DNA of 59,657 nt, filler included, from Pseudomonadota bacterium (GTDB lineage: Bacteria; Bdellovibrionota_F; JAHFAK01; JBDREC01): assembly GCA_043820105.1 (NCBI GenBank). It is 4 parts of 4 records of this genome, joined end to end, with 100 filler letters (N's around TTAATTAATTAA, not from the genome) between each part and the next. Parts side by side here need not be neighbours in the genome. Positions count along the whole stretch, not along the records: positions 23,827 to 39,230 come from JBDREC010000103.1; positions 39,331 to 59,657 come from JBDREC010000105.1; 2 more parts are not named here. One strand, written 5' to 3'. Below the pieces are notes generated by a model. The model had not been told where the DNA came from, ran no database searches, and saw only the letters and a list, made by a program, of their open reading frames with translations. Shown here piece after piece: positions 31,350-40,026 of this stretch. Position 1 is the stretch's first letter, and each line of letters begins with the position of its first letter. The position numbers and the translations under genes were made by a program.

Positions 31350-33344
31350 TTAATTCCTTATGCACTTTAAATTGTCATTGTTTAATGATTTTTTATAACA
31401 AAGTAAGCCACAGTTTAAGCATCTTTCTGCTTCACTTATAGCTTCGCCTTCATTAAGATTATCCATTGGATCAAGCTTGCCTTTTGAGCTTAGAAGATTT
31501 TTATTCTCATCAATGCTATGAATGTTTTGTAAGAGTTTTTCATCTAATATTACAGCATCTTCAGGTTTTATTTCCTCTCCCTTAGAAAATAGGTGCAAAG
31601 CTTTTGCCATCTTTCGTCCTCTGCCCACTGACACAACAACACCAGAATAATCACTTGGTCTGCCAATGTTATTTACTGTAAAAATACCAAGGTCTTTGTC
31701 TTGAGGAAGTACTTTGAAAATATCTACAGTTTTCCATTTTGTATCATCAAATTTTTCAAAGAGCATTTCAGGATATCTTCCTGAGCCTACAATAAGAGTA
31801 TTTAAAGAGATAGTTTTAAGTTCATTATCTACCATAATTTGAATTTCTGATAATTTATTATTGTCACCACTTAACTCTGTAACTTTAGATGAAAATAATA
31901 TTTCAGTATTCTCAGGCAATTCAAGATTAATGTTTTGAAATTTTGCTTCTTTTTCAGAATATGGAAAGACAATAGTAACCTTACTTGCCCCATTGTTTAG
32001 GCAAATGTTTGCAGCCTTTGAAGCGGTATTGCCACCACCAACAATAACAGCATGATCACCAATATCTTTTTTGCTTCCTTTTATAAAACATTGTAAAAAG
32101 TCTAACATTAAATAGGTATTTGGAATAATTTGAGGTCTAGCTGAATTTTTATTTATAATTTGAAAAGAATCCCAGCCACCTGTTGTCAAAAGTACAAATT
32201 CAGAATCTTCTTTGATTAAGGAACCTAAAGTATAATCTTTACCAATTGTTTTTTCAGTATAAGCTTCAACCCCAAGATCCAGGATTCCTTGAATATCCCA
32301 GTTTATAACATCTCTTGGTAATCTTTCTTCAGTAATAACATATCTTAAAATTCCACCCAGTTTGCTGCTTGCCTCATAAACAGTTGGTTTGTGACCAAGT
32401 CTTCTTAGGTAATATGCAGATGTTAGTCCTTCTACACCACCACCAATAATAGAGACTTTTTTGCCTTTTGCTTCAGGTAGATATGGTTTAATTCTTTCAT
32501 TTTTATCTTTTTCAAAAGTAGCAACAAATTTTTTCAAATGATTAATAGAAACTGGGGCATCAAGTAAATTTCTTCTGCATTCAGATTCACATGGAGCAGG
32601 GCAAATCCATCCACAAACTGATGGGAAAGGATTTTTTTCTTTAATAATCTTTATTGCTTCAGCATAATTTTTGCTAGATATAGATCGAATATAAGCTGGA
32701 ATGTCAATTTCAGCAGGACAGTGTCTTTGACAAGGAGCTGTGCAATCTGTGTACTTTTGATCTGATAAAAGTCTTGTTGTTGAAGATGTTAGTGTAATAA
32801 TATCTTTTGGACAAACATCAGCACAAATTCCACAGGATACGCATTTTTCTTTGTTAACAACTGGAAGATTATTTTCTCCCATTGATAAGGCATTAAAGGG
32901 ACATGCTCTAACACAAGTTGCAAGACCCAAACAACCAATTTGGCATTCTTTGCTGCCTCCATAAAGCAAGGTTGCAGCTCTACAGTCCATTGTTCCATTA
33001 TAGTTAAACTTAAGTTCAGCTTCATTATAACCATAGAAGCAACCTGGTGTTGATATCTCAGGTTCTTTTTCTTCAACTTCCACACCCATAGCCTTTGCTA
33101 CTTGTTTTGCTATTTCAAATCCACCAGCTGAGCAAATATCAACCTTTGCTTTGCCTTTTACAACCGCTTCAGCAGCTGCAGAGCAACCAGCATATCCACA
33201 ACCACCGCAGTTAGCGCCAAGCATTGCATCAGTTACTTCTTCGATTTTAGGATCTTCATATACATAAAATACTTTAGCAGCAATTGATAACATAATTGCT
33301 GATATAAAACCTAATACTAATAAAAATATTGTTGCAGTAAGCAT
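31350..33344 (-). CDS. rnfB: RnfB fused to a GltD/Nfn-like FAD-dependent oxidoreductase domain
   Basis: N-terminal TM + NCGGCGYAGC, ferredoxin motifs, then APCQRHCP, CGWICPAPCESEC, GGGVEG and GGGNTA, EAERCLNCG. Confidence 0.88.
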   Translation of the reverse strand: MLTATIFLLVLGFISAIMLSIAAKVFYVYEDPKIEEVTDAMLGANCGGCGYAGCSAAAEAVVKGKAKVDICSAGGFEIAKQVAKAMGVEVEEKEPEISTPGCFYGYNEAELKFNYNGTMDCRAATLLYGGSKECQIGCLGLATCVRACPFNALSMGENNLPVVNKEKCVSCGICADVCPKDIITLTSSTTRLLSDQKYTDCTAPCQRHCPAEIDIPAYIRSISSKNYAEAIKIIKEKNPFPSVCGWICPAPCESECRRNLLDAPVSINHLKKFVATFEKDKNERIKPYLPEAKGKKVSIIGGGVEGLTSAYYLRRLGHKPTVYEASSKLGGILRYVITEERLPRDVINWDIQGILDLGVEAYTEKTIGKDYTLGSLIKEDSEFVLLTTGGWDSFQIINKNSARPQIIPNTYLMLDFLQCFIKGSKKDIGDHAVIVGGGNTASKAANICLNNGASKVTIVFPYSEKEAKFQNINLELPENTEILFSSKVTELSGDNNKLSEIQIMVDNELKTISLNTLIVGSGRYPEMLFEKFDDTKWKTVDIFKVLPQDKDLGIFTVNNIGRPSDYSGVVVSVGRGRKMAKALHLFSKGEEIKPEDAVILDEKLLQNIHSIDENKNLLSSKGKLDPMDNLNEGEAISEAERCLNCGLLCYKKSLNNDNLKCIRN

Positions 33345-33370
33345 AAAATTTATTTTCCCTTTTTTTATTA

Positions 33371-33967
33371 TTACATTGTCAAAGTTTTAAGAGAGGCATC
33401 AATTCCCATAAAGCCAAAGAAGGCCAAGGCCATTAAACCAGCCATTACAAGCGCTATTGCAGTGTCTTGGAGCGCTCTTGGAATATATGCGATTTCAAAT
33501 CTTTCACGAATTCCAGCGAATAATATTAAGGCCAGAGCGAATCCTGATCCTGATGCAACAGCGTAAACCAGGCTATCAACAGAATTCATGCCATCTTTAA
33601 CACAAATTAAAGCAACGCCTAATACAGCGCAGTTTGTTGTGATAAGTGGCAAAAATATGCCAAGGGCTTGATATAAAGGAGGAATGGCTTTTTTCAAAAA
33701 CATTTCCACCAATTGAACCAAAGCTGCTATAACCAGGATGAAAACAATGGTTTGTAGGTATTCTAGTTTAAAAGCTACCAAAAAATAATTATGTACAACC
33801 CAGGTTATTATTGTAGCAAAGGTCATTACAAAAATAACAGCTATTCCCATGCCAAAGGCTGTTGATGTTTTTTTAGAAACACCTAAGAATGGACAGTTGC
33901 CAAGATATTGGGCCAGTAAGATATTTTTAACCAGCATAGCATTTATTATAATTACAAGATATTCCAT
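33371..33967 (-). CDS. rnfA: Rnf complex subunit A
   Basis: LGNCPFLGVS, LPLITTNCAVLG. Confidence 0.95.
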   Translation of the reverse strand: MEYLVIIINAMLVKNILLAQYLGNCPFLGVSKKTSTAFGMGIAVIFVMTFATIITWVVHNYFLVAFKLEYLQTIVFILVIAALVQLVEMFLKKAIPPLYQALGIFLPLITTNCAVLGVALICVKDGMNSVDSLVYAVASGSGFALALILFAGIRERFEIAYIPRALQDTAIALVMAGLMALAFFGFMGIDASLKTLTM

Positions 33968-33986
33968 AAAAATTCCTTAAATTCTT

Positions 33987-34580
33987 TTATTTTTTTGTTA
34001 TAAGATTCATTAAAGCTAGTAGTAAGCCAAGACATACAAAGGCTCCTGGAGCTTCAACCATAAAATTAAATGGTTTAAAGGATGCACCAAATACTGACAT
34101 TCCCAAGAAAGTGCCATATCCAAATACTTCTCTTAATCCACCTAATACAAATAATGAGATTGTAAATCCCAGGCCAATTCCTAGACCATCAGCAGCTGAT
34201 TTGATAACAGTGTTTTTTGAGGCAAAAGCTTCTGCTCTTCCTAGAATAATGCAGTTAACAACTATAAGTGGAATAAATATGCCTAGTTTTGTAAAGAGTG
34301 TATAGAAATAGGCTTGCATTAATAATTCAACCATAACAACAAAGGAAGCGATAACCACAACGTAGCTAGCGATTCTAACTTTTTTAGGTATGATCGATTT
34401 AATTGACGAAATAATAACATTGGAACATAGTAAAACAAAAGTTGTAGCAAGGCCCATTCCAATTCCATTTTCAGCGTATTTTGTAACAGCAAGAGTTGGA
34501 CACAGACCAAGCACAAGTCTAAAAGGCGGGAGCACCTCCCAGAAACCTTTAAAAAATTCATGTGTAATAGATTTGCTCAT
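33987..34580 (-). CDS. rnfE: Rnf complex subunit E
   Basis: LGLCPTLAVT, PLIVVNCIILGRAEAFA. Confidence 0.95.
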   Translation of the reverse strand: MSKSITHEFFKGFWEVLPPFRLVLGLCPTLAVTKYAENGIGMGLATTFVLLCSNVIISSIKSIIPKKVRIASYVVVIASFVVMVELLMQAYFYTLFTKLGIFIPLIVVNCIILGRAEAFASKNTVIKSAADGLGIGLGFTISLFVLGGLREVFGYGTFLGMSVFGASFKPFNFMVEAPGAFVCLGLLLALMNLITKK

Positions 34581-34621
34581 AAAAAGTATATCCTGTCAAA
34601 TTAAGTTAATTATTTATTTGT

Positions 34622-35185
34622 TTAAAGTTTTTCTTTTAATTCTTTATAAATTGGTATTGCTTTTTCAACTGCATTACAAACCGCTTTTGATGAAATTGTC
34701 GCACCAGTGATAGCATCAATAACACCACCATCTGCTTTGACCTTAAAGGTGTCATCAATAGATTTATCTTTGAATGCATTTGAAAATGTTGGTTCTCCTA
34801 TTTTAGATCCAACTCCTGGTGTTTCTTTATGTGTTGTGATTCCAATGCCTGTGAGGGTGTCATCTTCCAGGTTAAAACCAACTACAACTCCAACATCTCC
34901 ACCAAATCCTCCTGCAAATGTTTCAAAAGCTACAGCCCAGGGAGCATTTGATTTATTACCTGTAAATACCTGGAGTTTTCCAGAATCTACATCATATTCT
35001 TTTCTATCTTTGATCAGTTCATTTTCGGAGCCAGATAATACTGTTTCAACAGCTGGGCCTTTAACATTAATAAGAACCTGTTCTTGGATTCGTTCTTTGG
35101 TTCCTTTATGAATAAAGGCTAGTACAAAGCTGCATACTGCACAAATCAATGACAGTACCATTATCATTTTTATTGATTCTTTCAT
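34622..35185 (-). CDS. rnfG: Rnf complex subunit G
   Basis: GFGG, HKETPGVG, FMN site DAITGATISS. Confidence 0.95.
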   Translation of the reverse strand: MKESIKMIMVLSLICAVCSFVLAFIHKGTKERIQEQVLINVKGPAVETVLSGSENELIKDRKEYDVDSGKLQVFTGNKSNAPWAVAFETFAGGFGGDVGVVVGFNLEDDTLTGIGITTHKETPGVGSKIGEPTFSNAFKDKSIDDTFKVKADGGVIDAITGATISSKAVCNAVEKAIPIYKELKEKL

Positions 35186-36156
35186 AATACCTTATTTCTT
35201 TCTAAATAATTCACATTAATTTTCTTTATTTTAGGAGCAATTTTATCAAGTAAAGGGGTGAATAATGACATAATCATAATTGCAAAAACTACACCATCTG
35301 GGTAAGAAGACCATGCTCTTAAGATGACTGTAAGCATTCCGCAACCAAGACCAAAAATAATCAGTCCCCATTTCGAATATGGACTTGATCCATAGTCTGT
35401 TGATAAAAAGAAAAGCCCAATAAGTAAGTTTCCAGTTAAAATATGAAATAAACCATTGGCATATAATGAAGGATTCATAACATTATATATGGTGGCCATT
35501 ATGAGTGTTCCAATTAGGAAAAATAATGAAATTTCCCAGGATATAATTTTTCTAATAATTAGATAAGCTCCACCAATTAGTAATAAAAGACCATTTGTGC
35601 TTCCTAAACCACCAGCTTGTTTACCCATGAAAAGATCCATCATTGTATATGTAGCAATAGAATCAGTTCCTGATGATTTAACAAGTGCTAATGGGTATTG
35701 CCAGTCATAAGCTAGATCATAAGGCGCAAGCACAAAGTTGAGATTAAAATATTCTGGCCAGGAAATTCTTAAAATGGCCCATCCAACAAGTACAGGAGCT
35801 ATTGGATTGCTTCCTAGACCGCCAAAAACTTCTTTTCCAGTGAATATGCATAAGAAAGCTCCAAAAATAACAATCCAGTAAGGCATACTAGCTGGTAAGA
35901 TTAATGCAAATAATAAACCAGTTAACAAGGCAAAGCCATTATCTGTTTCAAAATCTTTTTTAAATAGCTTTCTGATAAGAACTTCTGAAAGCATGGCAGA
36001 AGCGCATGATAAGGCTATGACTCTAACAGCATGCATTCCAAAAGAATAAATAGCAAAAGCTACAACTGGTAATAGGGCAATGATAATGTTATAGTAGATC
36101 TTTTTTATTGAACTACCATCATGCCAATGTGGCGAAGAACTAACAATTAATTTCAT
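35182..36156 (-). CDS. rnfD: Rnf complex subunit D
   Basis: SSPH, KEVFGGLGSNP, TDYGSSP, YPDGVVFAI. Confidence 0.93.
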   Translation of the reverse strand: MKLIVSSSPHWHDGSSIKKIYYNIIIALLPVVAFAIYSFGMHAVRVIALSCASAMLSEVLIRKLFKKDFETDNGFALLTGLLFALILPASMPYWIVIFGAFLCIFTGKEVFGGLGSNPIAPVLVGWAILRISWPEYFNLNFVLAPYDLAYDWQYPLALVKSSGTDSIATYTMMDLFMGKQAGGLGSTNGLLLLIGGAYLIIRKIISWEISLFFLIGTLIMATIYNVMNPSLYANGLFHILTGNLLIGLFFLSTDYGSSPYSKWGLIIFGLGCGMLTVILRAWSSYPDGVVFAIMIMSLFTPLLDKIAPKIKKINVNYLERNKVL

Positions 36157-36176
36157 TGTAAATAACTCTTTCTTAT

Positions 36177-37364
36177 TTAAATTTCAGTATTTGTATTTAA
36201 TGCAATCTGCCTTTTTGCATGCTGCATAAGTTGTAGCAAAGATCTTTTGGCAGGGCATTTATATGAGCAATATGCACATTCAATGCAATCATTAACTCCA
36301 AGTTCATCACAGGTTTCAAAATTTGAAAATTCAGCAAAACGACCAATTAGATTTACATGTAAGTTAACTGGGCAGGCATTAACACATTTCCCACAGTTAA
36401 TGCATTGATTAGACTCATATTTATAAACATCTTTTGCATCTTGAACGTAAATCATATCAATATCACTATTAACTGGATAATTAAGGTCATAACAAGTATG
36501 TCCTTTCATTGGTCCGCCTAGAATAACTTTATCATTATCTTTTAGTTCTGTATTCTCTAAAAGTTTTGAAATTGGAGTTCCGATTCTAACTTTAAGGTTT
36601 TTCTTTTCATTTTTTGTTATTAGGCTTATAACCTTATATATATATGGCTGTCCTTTAATAACAGAATTATAAGCAGCAAGCACTTTTTCAAAAGTAATAA
36701 AAGCATGACTGCTTCTAGAGGCCGCATCTGAAAAAGAAGAAATAATCATTGCTGGATCAGCTTTTAGATATAATCCATCAAGCCCGATTACTTTTGCATT
36801 AGTTAAAACTTTTTGCTTTGTTTTATCCTCTAGAACCTTAGGTACTATTAAAACAATTTCATTAGCTTGATATAGTTTTTTAATAAAAGTAAGGGCTTCA
36901 GTTAACTTATCTTGGGATTCAGTAAAAATTTGTGAGTTTACTGAGCAAAGCGGTTCTAAGTCAATAGCATAAATGAAGATTGTATTAATATTAGATTCTG
37001 TTGAGAAATTAAAACCACTTTTATTGATTATTGAAAGAAGTTCATCTCTCGTTTTTGATGAAATGTTTTCATGTTCCTTAAAAGAGCTATGTACTTTATC
37101 TTCTGAATTAACATGAACTTTTAGAACACTAAGCTCACCAGTAATACCAGTCATTTTTTCTACTGATTTAATTTCACCTGTAACAGTTGAAATAAAACCA
37201 GGGAAAAGTTCTTCACCTGTCTCTAAACTTTGTAAAGCTTTGAATTTTGTGCACGCCTCGTCATAGGAACAAGTTCCAAGCAGTAAATTTACTTCATCGC
37301 ATTCTGGTAATTCTGTGATTTTTAAATCTTTGAAATTGAGGTTTAAGTTTTTTTGAATTTTCAT
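36177..37364 (-). CDS. rnfC: Divergent RnfC-like subunit
   Basis: GTPI, GGPMKG, CINCGKCVNACP, CIECAYCSYKCP; position before rnfD. Confidence 0.8.
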   Translation of the reverse strand: MKIQKNLNLNFKDLKITELPECDEVNLLLGTCSYDEACTKFKALQSLETGEELFPGFISTVTGEIKSVEKMTGITGELSVLKVHVNSEDKVHSSFKEHENISSKTRDELLSIINKSGFNFSTESNINTIFIYAIDLEPLCSVNSQIFTESQDKLTEALTFIKKLYQANEIVLIVPKVLEDKTKQKVLTNAKVIGLDGLYLKADPAMIISSFSDAASRSSHAFITFEKVLAAYNSVIKGQPYIYKVISLITKNEKKNLKVRIGTPISKLLENTELKDNDKVILGGPMKGHTCYDLNYPVNSDIDMIYVQDAKDVYKYESNQCINCGKCVNACPVNLHVNLIGRFAEFSNFETCDELGVNDCIECAYCSYKCPAKRSLLQLMQHAKRQIALNTNTEI

Positions 37365-37377
37365 TTTCTATCCATTG

Positions 37378-37758
37378 TTATTTGTGACAAAATTTACAGC
37401 CTTGTTCTTCGGCTGCATCTGCGTGGCAGTCATAGCAATTTTTACCTACGCATCGGGTGTGAATGGGATCGTCTGCACAGACGCTTTCAAGTTTTTTATC
37501 ATAATGACATTTTCTACAATTTGATTCCTGTTTTTCCTTTGTATCTGGATCATAATTATGGTGGCATTCAGAACATTCAACTGCTGCAGCATCTTCTGAT
37601 GAATGCATTTTATGATCAAATACAACTGGACCGCCTTTGGAGTTCATTAAAACTCTAATTGGGTCTTGCTTTTTTTCAGCCAGATAGCCGAATATTCCAA
37701 TAAAACCAAGAGCTAAGATTATGATAAAAACTATGATTTTTGAATTACATTTTTTCAT
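37378..37758 (-). CDS. Membrane-anchored tetraheme cytochrome c3-like protein (start probably MKKCNS)
   Basis: N-terminal TM, GGPVVFDHKMH, four CxxCH motifs (CSECH, CRKCH, CYDCH, CKFCH). Confidence 0.9.
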   Translation of the reverse strand: MKKCNSKIIVFIIILALGFIGIFGYLAEKKQDPIRVLMNSKGGPVVFDHKMHSSEDAAAVECSECHHNYDPDTKEKQESNCRKCHYDKKLESVCADDPIHTRCVGKNCYDCHADAAEEQGCKFCHK

Positions 37759-37934
37759 TTTCTTCTGATACACCTTTTTTTGAATTTGAATTCGAGCCTC
37801 AAATAAAACTAAAAATTAAAGATTGCAAGAAAAAATTTATGATCTTTAAAATAAAATTTCCTTTAAATTATCAATAACTAAAGGTGTTTGCAAGTGGATG
37901 AAAATAAAGGTTAAATTAAAATTAGGATGTTCAG

Positions 37935-38774
37935 CTAAATTTGAATTTCCATGCCCTGGAAAACAGCATAACAATTTAAATTAGATTTTTTGTCTTTTAT
38001 TATTTGTTTACAATCATTTTCAATTTCCTGAACCTGAGCATCGTTGCGATTTTGGTTGTGATGAAAGAGGCCGAAGTTTTTAACATTAGCTTTTATAGCA
38101 AGGTTTAAACTATCTGTGTAGACTGTATGCCCCCATGTTTTTGTGTAAGAATACTCTTCTTTATTATATTCAGAATCATGAAATAAGACATCAGCATTTC
38201 TGCAAAATTTGGTGTATTCTTCAAATGACAATCCAGTAGGGTGAGTATATGTTAATTCATTATCAGTTAAAAATACGAAAGATTTGCCATCTTCAGTGAA
38301 TTTAAAACCAGTTCCCCCATTTGGATGACTTAAGTTTATTGGTGTTATTTCAATGGGACCAATGTTAAAAATATTACAGCATGCAGATTTAAATTTAACA
38401 GCAGCCCTTATGTCGTCAAACTTAATTGGAAAGGTTGGAGGAGACATTGTTTTTGATATTATCTTTCTAATTGAATCTTGTGAAGTTACACATCCATAAA
38501 TGCACAAAGTTGCTTTTTCGTTATAAATAGGCTTAAAAAATGGAAAACCAAGGACATGATCTAAATGAGCGTGAGTAAAAAGAATGCTTATAGCCTTTAA
38601 GTCATCGCCAGAAATAAGATTTCCAAGAGGACGAATACCTGACCCTGCATCAATAATAATTAGGTCATTGTTTTTGCTTCTAATTTCAATGCAAGTAGTG
38701 TCCCCACCATATTTTAAAAACTCTTTGCCTGAAACCGGAATTGAGCCACGGCAACCCCAAACCTTTATTTTCAT
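37935..38774 (-). CDS. MBL-fold metallo-hydrolase
   Basis: WGCRGSIP, DAGSG, THAHLDH, WGH. Confidence 0.92.
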   Translation of the reverse strand: MKIKVWGCRGSIPVSGKEFLKYGGDTTCIEIRSKNNDLIIIDAGSGIRPLGNLISGDDLKAISILFTHAHLDHVLGFPFFKPIYNEKATLCIYGCVTSQDSIRKIISKTMSPPTFPIKFDDIRAAVKFKSACCNIFNIGPIEITPINLSHPNGGTGFKFTEDGKSFVFLTDNELTYTHPTGLSFEEYTKFCRNADVLFHDSEYNKEEYSYTKTWGHTVYTDSLNLAIKANVKNFGLFHHNQNRNDAQVQEIENDCKQIIKDKKSNLNCYAVFQGMEIQI

Positions 38775-38795
38775 TTTATATACCTTTATTTTAAA

Positions 38796-39230
38796 TTATT
38801 CTTTGTCATAATTTTCAAATAACTCAAGGTTTTCTTTTACATAGGGAAATAGTTTTTGATCTTCTTTATGAGCGTGATCCAAAATTTCATCTTGGATATC
38901 CATAAAAAGAAGTATAAGCCTAGCAGAGGAATCTGGAGATTTTGTCTCAGCATTATTTTCAACAATTTTCCAAAAGCTGGTAATTCTTTCAGTTATTATG
39001 CCATGGTCTTTTTGTAGACTTAAAACATATTTTACTAACTTTAAATCAGTAGTATGTGCTAAAACTCTTGAAAAGATATGGTCTTCTTCAAATTGAAAAT
39101 GAAGCATTAGATTTCGATCAAACATTGCTTCAATTTCTGATAAGTGATTCCATATCTCTTGCTTATCTTTAATATTTGGTAATTTATCTAAGTTACTAAA
39201 CCATTCAGAAACATCTTGATGATCTTCAAT
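38796..39230 (-). CDS. Hemerythrin-like (HHE) domain protein, 5' truncated by gap
   Basis: Frame open to the contig edge; EDH, HFQFEE, KDH, HAHKED motifs. Confidence 0.8.
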   Translation of the reverse strand: MEDHQDVSEWFSNLDKLPNIKDKQEIWNHLSEIEAMFDRNLMLHFQFEEDHIFSRVLAHTTDLKLVKYVLSLQKDHGIITERITSFWKIVENNAETKSPDSSARLILLFMDIQDEILDHAHKEDQKLFPYVKENLELFENYDKE

Positions 39231-39330
39231 NNNNNNNNNNNNNNNNNNNNNNNNNNNNNNNNNNNNNNNNNNNNTTAATTAATTAANNNNNNNNNNNNNN
39301 NNNNNNNNNNNNNNNNNNNNNNNNNNNNNN
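39231..39330. other. Artificial assembly linker
   Basis: N44-TTAATTAATTAA-N44. Confidence 0.98.
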
Positions 39331-39419
39331 TTTCATTATTTTTAACATATTAATGTAAGGAGTTTTAATTTATGAGTTGCAATTTTTATAAAAATTTTAG
39401 ATAAAAATTTTTGGGCTAG

Positions 39420-39470
39420 GTGGACCACTTTTGCGTCCGATTCGTGGACCAGTTTTCAATCCGATTGGCA
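39420..39470. mobile_element. Probable IS21-family terminus (two 23-bp tandem binding repeats ending ...GGCA)
   Basis: GTGGACCACTTTTGCGTCCGATT and GTGGACCAGTTTTCAATCCGATT at 24-bp period, terminal CA, near contig start; no transposase visible. Confidence 0.6.
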
Positions 39471-39471
39471 T

Positions 39472-39503
39472 AAAAAAAAGGAGACCGAATATTTTCGGCC
39501 TCC
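39472..39503 (-). terminator. Rho-independent terminator GGAGGCCGAA-aata-TTCGGTCTCC-T8
   Basis: 10-bp stem with a G-U pair only on the minus strand, T8 tail. Confidence 0.88.
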
Positions 39504-39533
39504 TTAATTAGGGGAGCATATTATGAAACTATT
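39472..39533 (-). ncRNA. Candidate sigma54-dependent small RNA, copy 2 (~62 nt)
   Basis: Same 22-nt core (39508-39529), own promoter and terminator. Confidence 0.75.
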
Positions 39534-39543
39534 AATATACTAT

Positions 39544-39559
39544 TGCATATGTGGTGCCA
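39544..39559 (-). promoter_or_regulatory. Sigma54 promoter TGGCACCACATATGCA
   Basis: GG-N10-GC; predicted +1 at 39533. Confidence 0.8.
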
Positions 39560-39618
39560 TTTCAGCAGATATCGTTTTGTTAAATATTATCTTGCGCTTA
39601 GAGCGGTTGGATTGTTTT

Positions 39619-39630
39619 TTTTATGTTAAA
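39619..39630 (-). promoter_or_regulatory. TTTAACATAAAA motif at -97..-86 of copy 2
   Basis: Identical sequence and spacing. Confidence 0.7.
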
Positions 39631-39778
39631 ATGGATGAATTTAGTGCAAAAAGTAAATTTTTTACAAGAAAAATATGTAAAATAATTGGGATATTCCGAT
39701 GTCTCCTAAAATCAAAAGCACTTTTTATGTTAAATTAGATAAAAGTGTAAAAAGTGTAAAATTTAAATAAAAGGCAAT

Positions 39779-39813
39779 AAAAAATGGGAAGCCCCACACA
39801 AGGGAGCTTCCCA
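39779..39813 (-). terminator. Rho-independent terminator TGGGAAGCTCC-N7-GGGGCTTCCCA-T6
   Basis: 11-bp stem with a U-G pair only on the minus strand, T6 tail. Confidence 0.88.
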
Positions 39814-39846
39814 AACCAAATTTAGGGGAGCATATTATGAAACATT
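39779..39846 (-). ncRNA. Candidate sigma54-dependent small RNA, copy 3 (~68 nt)
   Basis: Same 22-nt core (39822-39843), own promoter and terminator. Confidence 0.75.
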
Positions 39847-39856
39847 AAGATATAGA

Positions 39857-39872
39857 AGCAAACTCTGTGCCA
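39857..39872 (-). promoter_or_regulatory. Sigma54 promoter TGGCACAGAGTTTGCT
   Basis: Matches TGGCAC-N5-TTGC; predicted +1 at 39846. Confidence 0.88.
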
Positions 39873-39931
39873 AAAAGACAGGGCGATTTTTTGTCTTTTA
39901 TTACATGAAACTATAAAGATATTACATTAAA

Positions 39932-39943
39932 TTTTATGTTAAA
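39932..39943 (-). promoter_or_regulatory. TTTAACATAAAA motif at -97..-86 of copy 3
   Basis: Identical sequence and spacing. Confidence 0.7.
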
Positions 39944-40026
39944 ACGTATGGTTTTTTGACGCGAGCTTATCAAAGTGTAAAGTTATTGTTCAGAATAATG
40001 TGTGAGGGGACAACAAACAAGGAGGT

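Noticed and set aside
39523-39738. 71-aa ORF with strong SD (possible type I toxin or leader peptide)
   Set aside because: Equivalent ORFs at the other two loci are 18 aa and 3 aa; promoter and terminator face the other way; the N-terminal similarity just reflects the conserved promoter.
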